Assembly: GCA_038087875.1 (NCBI GenBank)
Contig: JAXLNO010000659.1
Coordinates: 62,001-126,000, forward strand
From: Malacoraja senta
Lineage: Eukaryota
Direction of reading: 5' to 3'
Length of the DNA stretch: 64,000 bases
Below are positions 48,406 to 60,239 of the stretch, piece by piece (within the stretch, counting starts at the first letter, position 1; every line of letters starts with the position of its first letter). The position numbers were made by a program, and so were the translations under genes. The notes beneath the pieces are model-generated. The model was not told where the DNA came from. It saw nothing but the letters and a program-made list of their open reading frames with translations, and searched no databases.

Positions 48406-51400
48406 AAGCCCTGTCACACTGCGAGCTGACCCACGAGGTACCCCGAGCGAAAGACTCGTGGTTGTGCACGAGATTCCAAGTGTATGATCAAGAGTTTAAC
48501 TGTGTTCCCACGGGTATGACTAAGTTTGCCATTTACTTGTCATTTCTGCGATGTTCCAAGTTCGTCTCCCGAGTTACCAAGTTCCTCTCCCGAGTTACTC
48601 TTGAGCCGAACACATCTCAATCCTGCGGCTTTGAGTTGTGGGAAAGGAAAACGAGAGATGTAGAATGAAAGGTATGCACAAAAGTAACGCTGATAAAGGA
48701 AACAGGCCATTCATTGTTAGCTGCTCCAGTTGTATGTGTCCGTCTTCGGTTTAAACCAGCATCTGCTGTTCCTTCCAACACATTTCAAAGTGATTGAGGT
48801 TTTTTTTTTCATAAGAAGAGATTTTTTTTCACTCTCTGTCCGGAGCTGTTGTAAAAGGCTGCACGGATTCGTACATGGTGACTGGTCTTCTGAGGGCAAT
48901 GCGTTATGATGTGATTTTGTTGAAGAGCTGGGAGAACAATGTTGACAGGTTGCATACAGTCAGTGTAACCACCAAGGTCATTAGATTAAGTTACAAAAAA
49001 TGTCCGTGTACTAACACATAAAATACTCCAAAACAGAGCTAATGCATAAAAAGTGCAGGCGGCGTTTTATTGAGTGAAGCTGAATCAATAATGATCTTAT
49101 CTCGATTTACTTTTGAACGACAGTTCATTTTAAGCTGCTTCGTAACTTTTTCAGTAAGAAAAACGGGTTTAACCAGAGATACATTTTAATATGTTGTCAA
49201 CCTCCCGTGTTTATCTGAGTAATATGTTTTCGGCAATCTTCCTTCAACCAGTTCGGCTGCGGAGCAAAGATTACTGTACACTTTCCTGGGATTTCCGAAA
49301 TAGTGGGTTCTTCTCCCGCCGCCACGTTATTTTTTATGTGTAGGAAGGAACTGCAGATAATGGTTTAAACCGAAGATAGATACAAGAAACTGGAGTAACT
49401 CGGCGGATCAGACAGCATCTCTGGAGACAAGGAACATGTGACGCTTCGGGTCGAGACCCTTCTTCAGACCCTTGTTTAATGCCTGACGAATAAATGTTCT
49501 GAAATGGAAAAGCGGAGACTTTGGATATTCCAAAGACACAATAAATACAGCTTGCATGTCATTTGGAAAACAACAAGTGATCCTTTGCAGTCTAAAATCA
49601 AAATTAACCCAGCAGCCCAATGCAGGGTGGCAATCCGAAACATGTTCTCCACAGATGTTAGTTCAGCACTTTTGTGTTTCAAGACAACAGCACCAGGGTA
49701 GTGGGAGATGGTGGCGGAAATGTTGAATGGAACACAAGCCTTGCTGTACTGTAGACTGCAGAAACCTGTTGGGTATGAGAGGTTTAGAGGGATAGAGGCC
49801 AAATGTGAAACGAGGTCATCCCTCAGCCTCCTGCACTGAAAAGGAAAAAAAACTCAAACCTATCCACCTTCTTCTTGCAACCCAAGCCCTCCAGGAAGGA
49901 CCTCGCTTGGCATGAACAAGTTGGACCGAGGGGGCTTTTTCCGTTACACCAGGCACTTATCTATTCCATCCTACCATTGACTTATTATTTGAGGAAATTC
50001 ACACCATGCCACACATTACCTTTGCAGGTCGACCTAATTTCAGTGTTTAGTTACAACAGGCAGATTACTTAAACAATCTTAAATATTGTCAGATAATTTA
50101 TTAACCTGGGGCTGAAACACTCTATGACCCCCCATAACCAAACCATGTAATCTCTCAGAGCGGGTGCCATTCTTGACGCGCGCGGAGATTGTGACAGAAT
50201 CCCTGGTCTACAGACAGGACACAAAGTTGGCGATGTTTCGGATTCACAGGGACATTGGCCACCCCCTCGCCTCTCAGAGTATTTTTTCCCCTTACATTCT
50301 TCCTCTATTTGTGAGCCCTCCCTTTAACTGAAACACTCCACTTGATCGCTCTCTACTGCAGGGATTTGCTCCCACATTATGTAATTGTTTAGAATTTACA
50401 GCTTGGGAACAGGACCTTTGGCCCACCGAGTCCACGCCAACCATCGATCACCCGTACCCAATTTCTCGTTTATCCCACTTTCGCATCCCACACACTAGTG
50501 GCACTTTACAGAAGTCAATGAACCCACAAACCTGTACGTCTTTGGAGGTTTGCTCCTCCATTCTGCTGGTCACAATAATTATGAATTAACCCCCCCCCCC
50601 CCCCCACCGTCTCACGCACATGGAATTAGTTCTTCTATATACACGGTTTTAAAGACCCATATCAGGTTTACCGCTTAATTTCCAATTCACCCCCAATCCA
50701 AAAGAAAATCACTCCACAGTTCATTTTTAAAGAAAACGTGCCTGGGGACTGCAAAGAGTTAATAATGTTTGCTACATACACTTCAGTAGTACATAAGTCT
50801 GTATATTTAATTCAAACATCAACATAAAATGGATTTGACATTAACCCCCCCCCCCCCCCCCCCCAATTTGGAAATGTCATCCCATTCCTTCTCTCCAGAG
50901 ATGCTGCCTGCCTGCTGAGTTAAAGAGTTCCCACTTGCAGCAGCATAACAGGCCAGTAAACACAATACTCATAGATAATATACTAAACAAAGAAAATATG
51001 TATTTAAAAATCTAGTATTATTGCAAAAATCCCAAAGTCCTTCGTGCAACCAAGGCAGTTTGTAGTTCATAGTTTAGTTAGCATTTGTAGGGTTCAAGAG
51101 CCCGATGGTTGATGGGAAGAAGCTGTTCTTGAACCTGGAGGTCATGGTTTTCAGATTCTTATACCTTCTGCTCAGCAGGAATACATAGATACATAGAAAA
51201 TAGGTGCAGTAGGCCATTCGGTCCTTCGAGCCTGCACCGCCATTCAATATGATCATGGCTCATCATCCAACTCAGTATCCCGTACCTGCCTTCTCTCCAT
51301 ACCCCCTGATCCCTTTAGCCACAAGGGCCACATCTAACTCCCTCTTAAATATAGCCAATGAACTGGCCTCAACTACCCTCTGTGGCAGAGAGTTCCAGAG

Positions 51401-53587
51401 ATTCACCACTCTCTGTGTGAAAAAGTTTTTCCTCATCTCGGTCTTAAAGGATTTCCCCTTATCCTTAAGCTGTGACCCCTTGTCCTGGACTTCCCCAACA
51501 TCGGGAACAATCTTCCTGCATCTAGCCTGTCCAACCCCATAAGAATTTTGTACATTTCTATAAGATCCCCCCTCAATCTTCTAAATTCTAGCGAGTACAA
51601 GCCGAGTCTATCCAGTCTTCCTTCATATGAAAGTCCTGACATCCCAGGAATCAGTCTGGTGAACCTTCTCTGTACTCCCTCTATGGCAAGAATGTCTTTC
51701 CTCAGATTTGGAGACCAAAACTGTACGCAATACTCCAGGTGTGGTCTCACCAAGACCCTGTAGAACTGCAGTAGAACCTCCCTGCTCCTATACTCAAATC
51801 CTTTTGCTATGAAAGCTAACATACCATTCGCTTTCTTCACTGCCTGCTGCACCTGCATGCCTACTTTCAATGACTGGTGTACCATGACACCCAGGTCTCG
51901 CAGCATCTCCCCATTTCCTAATCGGCCACCATTTAGATAATAGTCTGCTTTCCTGTTTTTGCCATCAAAGTGGATAACCTCACATTTATCCACATTATAC
52001 TGCATCTGCCAAACATTTGCCCACTCACCCAGCCTATCCAAGTCATCTTGCAGTCTCCTAGCATCCTCCTCACAGCTAACACTGCCCCCCAGCTTAGTGT
52101 CATCCGCAAACTTGGAGATGTTGCCTTCAATTCCCTCATCCAGTTCATTAATATAAATTGTAAATAGCTGGGGTCCCAGCACTGAGCCTTGCGGTACCCC
52201 ACTAGTCACTGCCTGCCATTGTGAAAAGGACCCGTTTACTCCTACTCTTTGCTTCCTGTTTGCCAGCCAGTTCTCTATCCACATCCATACTGAACCCCCA
52301 ATACCGTGTGCTTTAAGTTTGTATACTAATCTCTTATGTGGTACCTTGTCGAAAGCCTTCTGAAAGTCCAGATACAACACATCCACTGGTTCTCCCCTAA
52401 CCACTCTACTAGTTACATCCTCGAAAAATTCTATAAGATTCGTCAGACATGATTTACCTTTCGTAAATCCATGCTGACTTTGTCCAATGATTTCACCACT
52501 TTCCAAATGTGCTGCTATCCCATCTTTAATAACTGACTCTAGCAGTTTCCCCACTACCGATGTTAGACTAACTGGTCTGTAATTCCCCGTTTTCTCTCCC
52601 TCCCTTCTTAAAAAGTGGGGTTACGTTTGCTACCCTCCAATACTCAGGAACTACTCCAGAATCTAAAGAGTTTTGAAAAATTATCACTAATGCATCCACT
52701 ATTTCTGGAGGTACTTCCTCCAGAAATAGTGAATGAAATGAGAGCATGGCCAGGGTAGTGTGGGTCCATGACAATGCTGGCTGCCTTTTTGAGGCAGCAC
52801 CTCCTATAGAACCCTTTGATTCAGTAAAGTTCAGTAAAGAGATCGGGAATCTGGCATCATGGCTTGACAATAAAACCCAGCCTTTAACATCTGCATAATG
52901 AAAGAGTTGGTGTTGTCCTATGGAACAGGGGTGCAGGAGAGGTGAACACAACCCTGTCTTCTTCAACAGCACTGGTAGAGATGGATTCTGGACGTGACTG
53001 GCAAACCTCAGATTAGGCTGCCATGAAGTGTCATAAAATGTTCTCACGCTGTTCCTCAATACTGGTTTGTCTTAAGGTTGTGAGCTCAGTCCCAAATACA
53101 CAAAATCAATATATAAACTTCAAGCAATTTTTTCTTTTCAACTTCTGTCACCTTATCAATAACTTGGTTAATTTTGTTAAGCAGAATTTGTCTTTAAAAA
53201 GTCTATGTTGGTGTTGCTTAACTGATCCATACTTATCCAAGTAACTGATATTTCTGTCCCTGATTATTGTTTCTAAAAAGAGTTCCCACGGTAGACTCAC
53301 GAGTCACAAAGGTAAACGCACGGGCCACTACGTTCTTACAACGAGTTTAAATGTTTCAAATTTTACCCTCAAGAGTACATTTTACTCGTGGAAAAGTTTA
53401 AACATGTTTGAACTTTTTCAAGAGTTAACAAGTTTCACGGGTACCTGCCGTTAGCGGCAAGAGTCGCTAAGTTGCGTCCACGAGTTCCGACGTTCCCGCT
53501 ACGCTAATTGTACGTGATTACCACGAGTTAAATTTGTTTTAAACTCGGGGTACCTCGTGGGTCAGCTCGCACAGTGAGATAGGGGTT
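48406..53587. mobile_element. Harbinger-like TIR pair 5.2 kb apart (split MITE or composite element)
   Basis: Left AAGCCCTGTCACACTGCGAGCTGACCCACGAGGTACCCCGAG; right its imperfect reverse complement; TTA on both outer sides (48403-48405, 53588-53590). Confidence 0.6.
51181..52716 (-). mobile_element. Young CR1 LINE, 5'-truncated, same subfamily as 12992-21454
   Basis: ORF 51433-52554 nearly identical to the CR1 RT above; same tail. Confidence 0.95.
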
Positions 53588-54718
53588 TTAGGTTTGTTAT
53601 TGTCAAGTACTGAGGTACAGCGAAAAAACGGTGTTTTGCATGCTATACAATCAAATCTGATAATACAATACTTAAATACAATAAAATCATAAATACTATC
53701 AAGCTTTTCACTGTACCCTGGTACACATGACAATAAACTAAACTGAACTGGACTGAATGAAACTCGTACAATAAATAGAGCAAAGGGGGAGATACAAAAA
53801 AGTGTTAATGCAGCCAGCAAATCGGCTTATTAATTCCCACCGTATAAAATAACTATTGGATTTCCGTAAAACGAGAGTGGAAAATATTTAGCCAATCAAT
53901 TGAATATTGTGAATGAGTAATATACAAACTTAAAATGATGATCAGAATTTTTCTGCCTTTTCTAATAAATACGAGTGGAACTCAGGAGTCTCATACTTCT
54001 GCATCTGCATCAAGGCTGGCCAATGTTTGGTTTGATAAAGAATTACTTTGTGAGACCAAAACAGTCTCACTTCCCATAGACAAATTCGGACTGAGGAATT
54101 ATTAGGTTTGATGTTAAGGCAATTGTGGGCAAATTGCTGTAAGTGCTTTTTCATTTGAAGATATAATCAGTCCTATATCAGGAGAGAAATTATGCAGACT
54201 GTGGCCAAATAGAAAGCCACACATTCAGACATTTTCTCACTAAGTTATATTTTTGCAGTTGTCTTGGTAATACAACTGCAAAGGTACAGAAGTTTGAAGA
54301 CACATACCTCCAGATTCAGGGACAGTTTCTTCCCAGCGTTATCAGGCAAACTGAACCATCCATTCACCAACTGGGGAGCGGTCCTGACCTCCCATCTGCC
54401 TCATTGGAGACCTTCGAACTACCTTTAATCAGACTTTACTAGACCTTATCTTGCAGTAAATGTTGTACCCTTTACCCTGTATCGAAACACTGTGGACGGC
54501 TTGATTTTATTCATGTATAATCCTCGGGTTGACAGGATAGAACGCAACAAGCTTTTCACTGTACCTCGGAACACATAACAATAATAAATTTAACCAAACT
54601 AAACAGAACCAATGTACCAATTACCTTTGGAATTTAAGATTGAATCAGGTTATTTTTCATAAAGGTTGTTTAAAAGTTAAGATATGTACATCAATGACAC
54701 ATTTTTGATTCGCTTCAG

Positions 54719-54915
54719 GCCTTGGCATGTTGTGCTACTGACCTCCTGGCACTGTGTGTACTGAGACCACCAGGGGAGTTTGCAGCAGACATTGTACTCG
54801 GTAGTTCACAGAGGTACGGAGTGCCACTGTCCTATGGGGGGCCACACGCGGCATTCTTCGCTGTGAAAGAAAACCTTGTCAGACTGATGCCCGGGAGAAT
54901 GGTTGGAGTTACCAG
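54719..54915 (+). CDS. GLDC: GLDC exon equivalent to human exon 7
   Basis: 197 nt, [69 protein letters not shown]. Confidence 0.96.
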
Positions 54916-56227
54916 GTACGCACATGCTTGCTATTGACTAGCCAGTGTCATACATGTGACACGGACCATCAATATTTTATCATCTTCTTTAATATTAAAA
55001 GAGAATCTAGGAAAAGGCAACTTTCTATTGAATCCAAGTGGAATGCATGTATTTCTTTTAGAGTAAAAATGACTGTTGACGTAACAGCCAGTCAGGCAGC
55101 ATCTCTAGACAACATGGATAGGTGATGTTTCAGGTCAGGATCCTTCTTCAGACTGATTGTAAGGGAGAAATAAAAAGCTCTAAAACAAAACCAGAGATAT
55201 TTAAATGGATACAAATGCTGTTTATTTGTGGCTCCATTGCAGACAACTGTTTGGGTTTATGAAGGAGGAAAAGCCACAGATGTGAGGTGTTAAAAACATG
55301 AGAAGAGTGGCAGGAAGGGTGAAAGTAGGGAGTAATTTCTATATGCTAAGAAATTAGACTGTTGATACCAACATTCACTAAGGTCCCTTTGTTTTTATCC
55401 AGCGATTAAAGATGCTAAGCATCTTTCACCTACAGGACAATATATAAAACAGTAGGATGAAAATAAAAAATAATTGCTATGTGGCCAACATTTTGACTCA
55501 AAATTACAAGAGTTTAAAAATATTATATTGTTAAAATAAAATATAGCATTTTCACGTGAAAAACCTTTAAATCGTTTTTTTTTTTTGCAGTGCATCGATT
55601 AGCAATGTTCTAGATCAAAATATTTCCTTTATTTCCCTTTTGGAGTTTGAGAACAGTAGAGATTTCGATGTAAATAAACTATTTCTGTAGACATTTTATT
55701 TTTTGGGATTTTTTATTTTTATGGTTTGGGAACAGCTCCATCCAAGACCGCAAAAAATTCCAAAGATTTGTGGATGCAGCCCAGGCCATCACACAAACCA
55801 ACCTCCCCTCCATTGACTCCATCTACACTTCACACTGTCAGTGCAAGGCCACCAGCATAATCGGACCAGTCTCAATCCCTCATCTCCCCTTTCCCATCAG
55901 GCAAGAAAAATGCATGCCTCCAGATTCAGTGACAGTTTCTTCTCAGCTGTCATCAGGCAACTGAACCATCCTATCAACAACTAGAGAGCGGTCCTGAGCT
56001 ACCATCTACCATTGGAGACCATCGGTCTATCTTTAATCAGATTTCACGGGACTTTAGCACTGTACGTTATTCCTTTTATCATATATCTGTACACTATGGA
56101 TGGCTCAATTGTAATCATGTATGGTCTTTCTGCTGACTGGATAGCACGCAACAAAATACCTTTCCTTGTTCCTCGGTACACATGACAATAAATTAAACTA
56201 AACTTTGCAACTGGTTATATTGTACAG

Positions 56228-56324
56228 GGATGCTGCAGGGAAGGAAGTGTACCGATTGGCACTACAGACAAGGGAACAGCACATCAGGAGAGATAAAGCC
56301 ACCAGCAACATTTGCACAGCTCAG
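56228..56324 (+). CDS. GLDC: GLDC exon equivalent to human exon 8
   Basis: 97 nt, [36 protein letters not shown]. Confidence 0.97.
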
Positions 56325-57327
56325 GTAAAGCAGTCAGTTCTTTCAACACCAACATTAACATGAAATGTGCACATGATTCGAAATCAAACAGAATATGTAC
56401 AGCACCTTTTTTTCCCTGAGTATTCTATCGGTTCAACATAATGGTATTGAATGGACTGTAATTTAAAGAAAGCTTTGGGTTTATCAATCTTCATATTCCA
56501 TGATGAAAGGCTTGCCTACTGTCGTAATAACCATGATGCCTACAATATTGTATTGCGCAAGTGCAGAGTTGTAACTGTATTAATGTAGCTAAAATAACTA
56601 AAGCTGATCTGTGGCACTAAAGTCAATAAGTAATTGAATTGTGACCTTGGGTTAAAAGGAAAACACTATTTACGAACAATTCTCCAAAGCCCAATTATGT
56701 TTTCAGATTATCTCACGGATATTTATCTTTTCTTTCCAGTTCAACAATACTCTCTGCAATGATACAACTTCTGATTCAGTATAAGCATTGATGCACCCCA
56801 GTTCCTGCTGTGTATCTTGAAGGTGGTAGAAACAGGGGTTGATTTTGTAGTGATTGAACTAATGTTGAAAGGTTTGTCTTGTATCTCACAATGAAACCAT
56901 TTTCTATACATTGACCAAACTGAGACCCTGAGAATGCTGACGGTGACCAACTAATTGTAGCATGTCTAGAGTTACAATCCTTCGGCACTGCCTCCAAAAG
57001 AAGAACGGGTGTTGGCAAGCGGGGTGGAAGGAGGAGCAGGAAACATGAAAAACATTATCATGAGGTACAAGCTAATTCAATCACTGCAAAATCAGAGTTT
57101 TAATTCTACTTTCTAAATAGAGAGAGGGCACAGATTGCATCATCAATACATGGCTTGATTTATTTTGAGTCAGATTATAATTTTGCAAGGGAGATTGTGG
57201 AAGTGGAAAGGAGGATGAATATTTCCAGTGAAGGAATCTGAAAATAAGCGTGCCTTAGCAACTGGCAACGAGAAGTAATTCCTCAAAATAGTATTTTCCT
57301 GCAGTCTGTGATGTAGGGATCTTTATT

Positions 57328-58367
57328 TAGGTATGTTACAAAACTTACCTTCAGTCGCGCTGTAATTCTGCCACTGGCCGTGTGCGCGATTTTGGCGCCT
57401 TTAAGGGGGGGCGGGGTTAAAACGCAGTTTCTCCTCCCTTGTCCTGAATTATATTTCGTTGGAGTACAAGCGTTGGCTGACAAATCGTTCCTAGGGGCAT
57501 TTTGTGAATTTTTTATTTTTATTAAATCGTCAATGTCAGCGCTGGAGTAATTTTAAAAGCAGCTCCTGAAGCGTCAATGCCGATAACGGGGACGGATTTC
57601 ACACACGGGACAGGTAAACGAAAGTGGTTTCTTTAAATGTATAAAAGTGCTTCTTAAGAGGCCTTTAATTCACATTTTTTCATGCGACACGGTGATTTTA
57701 TTCCCCGAACTAACGGCAGTATTTTTCATGCCAATACGGGGTTAAATTCACCGCAAATGAACGTTCCAAATGATCGCGTTCCAGAAATCCTCACTCGCAA
57801 GATGATTTAAATGCCCATTAATTTACAGGTATTAAACATTCAATTCCTTCCATTTGGCCTGTAAATTCATGAAAATGAGATTTTAAAATTATGTTATATT
57901 GTGAATTATTGTGTGAATGTTATTTGGACACTTAGGCTATTTAAAAATGTTAATCTATTCTTAAGAAATTGATAGATGTTTAGATCTAGTAATTGAATTT
58001 TGTAATTAGCTACAATTAGGTAACTAACTAATTATATGCTTTACTTTCATGTCTTCTAAGTAAGATTGTTTCATATTTGTTTCAGAATGCTTCAATCTAT
58101 AATAACTGAACATTTCTTTCAGTTATCTTAATTTTTAAGAAAGTTATGGGCTTTTGACTGTCCTCGATCACAGCTTTTGTGTTAAGTCAATGGAAAAGCA
58201 ATAGGGAACAAGATGCTAATTTCCGAGTATGAAAATGGCCAAAACCTCTTTAATACTGAAGATATGAAAGTGAATTAGGTGTCAAATTAAACTTCTTTTT
58301 ATGCTTTATCTGATGGGATAAATTGCAGACTTTATTTTTAAAATCTCAAAATTTTGTAACATTGCTA
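57328..58367. mobile_element. Non-autonomous DNA transposon (hAT-like TAG termini) with a 7-bp TSD
   Basis: TIR TAGGTATGTTACAAAA / TTTTGTAACATTGCTA, flanked by CTTTATT on both sides. Confidence 0.75.
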
Positions 58368-58758
58368 CTTTATTACTCTTAATAAATTTACCTTGCATAT
58401 ATTCCACAGTTCGCTCTTTATAAAAATTGAAAGATTTTTTTTATTTCTGTAAAATTCTTCACACTGCATGCAGATTTTCCTTTGGCTCACAGCAATGGAG
58501 CAGTGGATTAAGTTATAAACATCCAAAGCCTGGATTATGATGGCAGATGTACCTTTCATTAACAAGCAATGGGAGTTTCTTTGGGGACCCTTTCAATGAA
58601 GAAATTACAACTCTGTAGGCATTTGTAAATGTTTTTGACTACATTTGATTATTTAAACTTATTTTCACTACTTACTCTTTTGCATAAAGGTATGCAAAAG
58701 AGTAAGCTGGAAACACAGAAAATAACATAGAATAATACACCATAGGAATAAACCCTTA

Positions 58759-59351
58759 AGGGCCTGTCCCAATTAGGCGATTTTTTAGGCAACACAGGCG
58801 AGTAGACTCTCGCCACATGTTCGCCAGGGTGCCGCCTGTATGGTCGTGAGTAGTCTCCTCAGTGGCCCAAAGAGTCATAGCGTTTTTCTGGTCGCTGCTG
58901 GATTTTGAAATGTTCAAAAAATTTCGGCGAAAGTTGGTGACAGTGGGCTTGACGCCAATGAACGTAGCTTGACTTCTCCTGACGTAGGTGCTCGCCAGGA
59001 TGACTTAGGTTGTGGCCTGGATGACGCAGGTTGTCGCCGGTGCTGACTTCGGTGAATTCCATTGTCAACCTACTTCAACCGGCGACTGAATTGTTTTAAG
59101 TTGTCTTCAGTTGTCGCCGACAGGGTCGTAGCTTGTCGTAGCTTGTCGCGGGTGGACGTAGGTTGTCGTAGGTGTGGGCGTCCTAATGGGTCGCCGGTTG
59201 ACGTTAACTTGCCGTCGACTAGGTGGTAGGTTGTTGTAGCTTGTTGTAGACATTGTAGACATTCTCGTAGGGGGGTCCAGTCGGCGGTTTTTCGGTGACC
59301 TGCTACGACTATGGCAGTCGCCAAAAAAATCGCCTAAGTGGGACAGGCCCT
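58759..59351. mobile_element. PIF/Harbinger-like MITE (sister of 4073-4688)
   Basis: AGGGCCTGTCCCA...TGGGACAGGCCCT with a TTA duplication. Confidence 0.85.
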
Positions 59352-59689
59352 TTAGGCCCATCGTGCCTGTGCTGAACATAATGTCAAATTAAACCAATCT
59401 CCTCTGCCTGCACATGATCCAGATACCTCCATTCCCTGCATATTTATGTTCCTGACAAAAACCTTTCAAACGCCACTTTTGTAACTGTATCCTCCACCAG
59501 GAAATTGACGTAAACCTCTGAAATATATAAGCTGAGGAATAACAGTTAGAGAAAATGAGCCTAGATCCAAAGGTTTTTGTGTAATGATGATTTGGAATGT
59601 AAGATTTGTGTTTCCCTAATCAATTTGTGTTTGGCATATCTCTTGTAGCTGGAGTTGTAATGTACTTTGCGCCTTCTGTTTACATTTAG

Positions 59690-59795
59690 GCACTTTTGGC
59701 CAATATGGCGGCAATGTTCGCTGTTTATCATGGCCCTAATGGACTGAAACACATTGCAAAAAGGGTACATAATGCCACGTTAATCTTAGCTGAAG
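59690..59795 (+). CDS. GLDC: GLDC exon equivalent to human exon 9
   Basis: 106 nt, [39 protein letters not shown]. Confidence 0.96.
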
Positions 59796-59875
59796 GTAAG
59801 ATTTATTAATGAAAGTAGAATTTGGTTTAAAACCTGTCGATCAATGCACTTCTGATCTAATCTCTTTGTAATCAG

Positions 59876-60015
59876 GTTTGAAACGTGCTGGGCATAAAAT
59901 ACAGCACGATGTATTTTTTGGCACACTGAAGATTCACTGCGGTGTGGTTGCTCAGGAGATAGTTAGCAGGGCCAGCCAACGGCAGATAAACCTCAGAGGA
60001 TATGGTGACTTCGTG
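59876..60015 (+). CDS. GLDC: GLDC exon equivalent to human exon 10
   Basis: 140 nt, AG/GT, after an 80-nt intron; [46 protein letters not shown]. Confidence 0.93.
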
Positions 60016-60239
60016 GTGAGTTAACTTTCAGTTATGATTTTACTTTCTGGTGAAGAGTCTTAAAACCATTCTTCCTAGAACATCTGACATATTACTATGT
60101 TCTTTTGAGCACCAGCAGAATTAACAGTGGTGCACATTGTTTTAGGTTGTTTCAGGCAACTGGCAAATAAAATGGATCTCCACTTTCCCTATATTGGAAA
60201 AGAGAACACAGCCAGAGATCCTCCTAAGTGATTCCAAAC

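Noticed and set aside
56741..57018. Minus-strand ORFs with faint RTE-like RT similarity
   Set aside because: Too degenerate to support without a profile search
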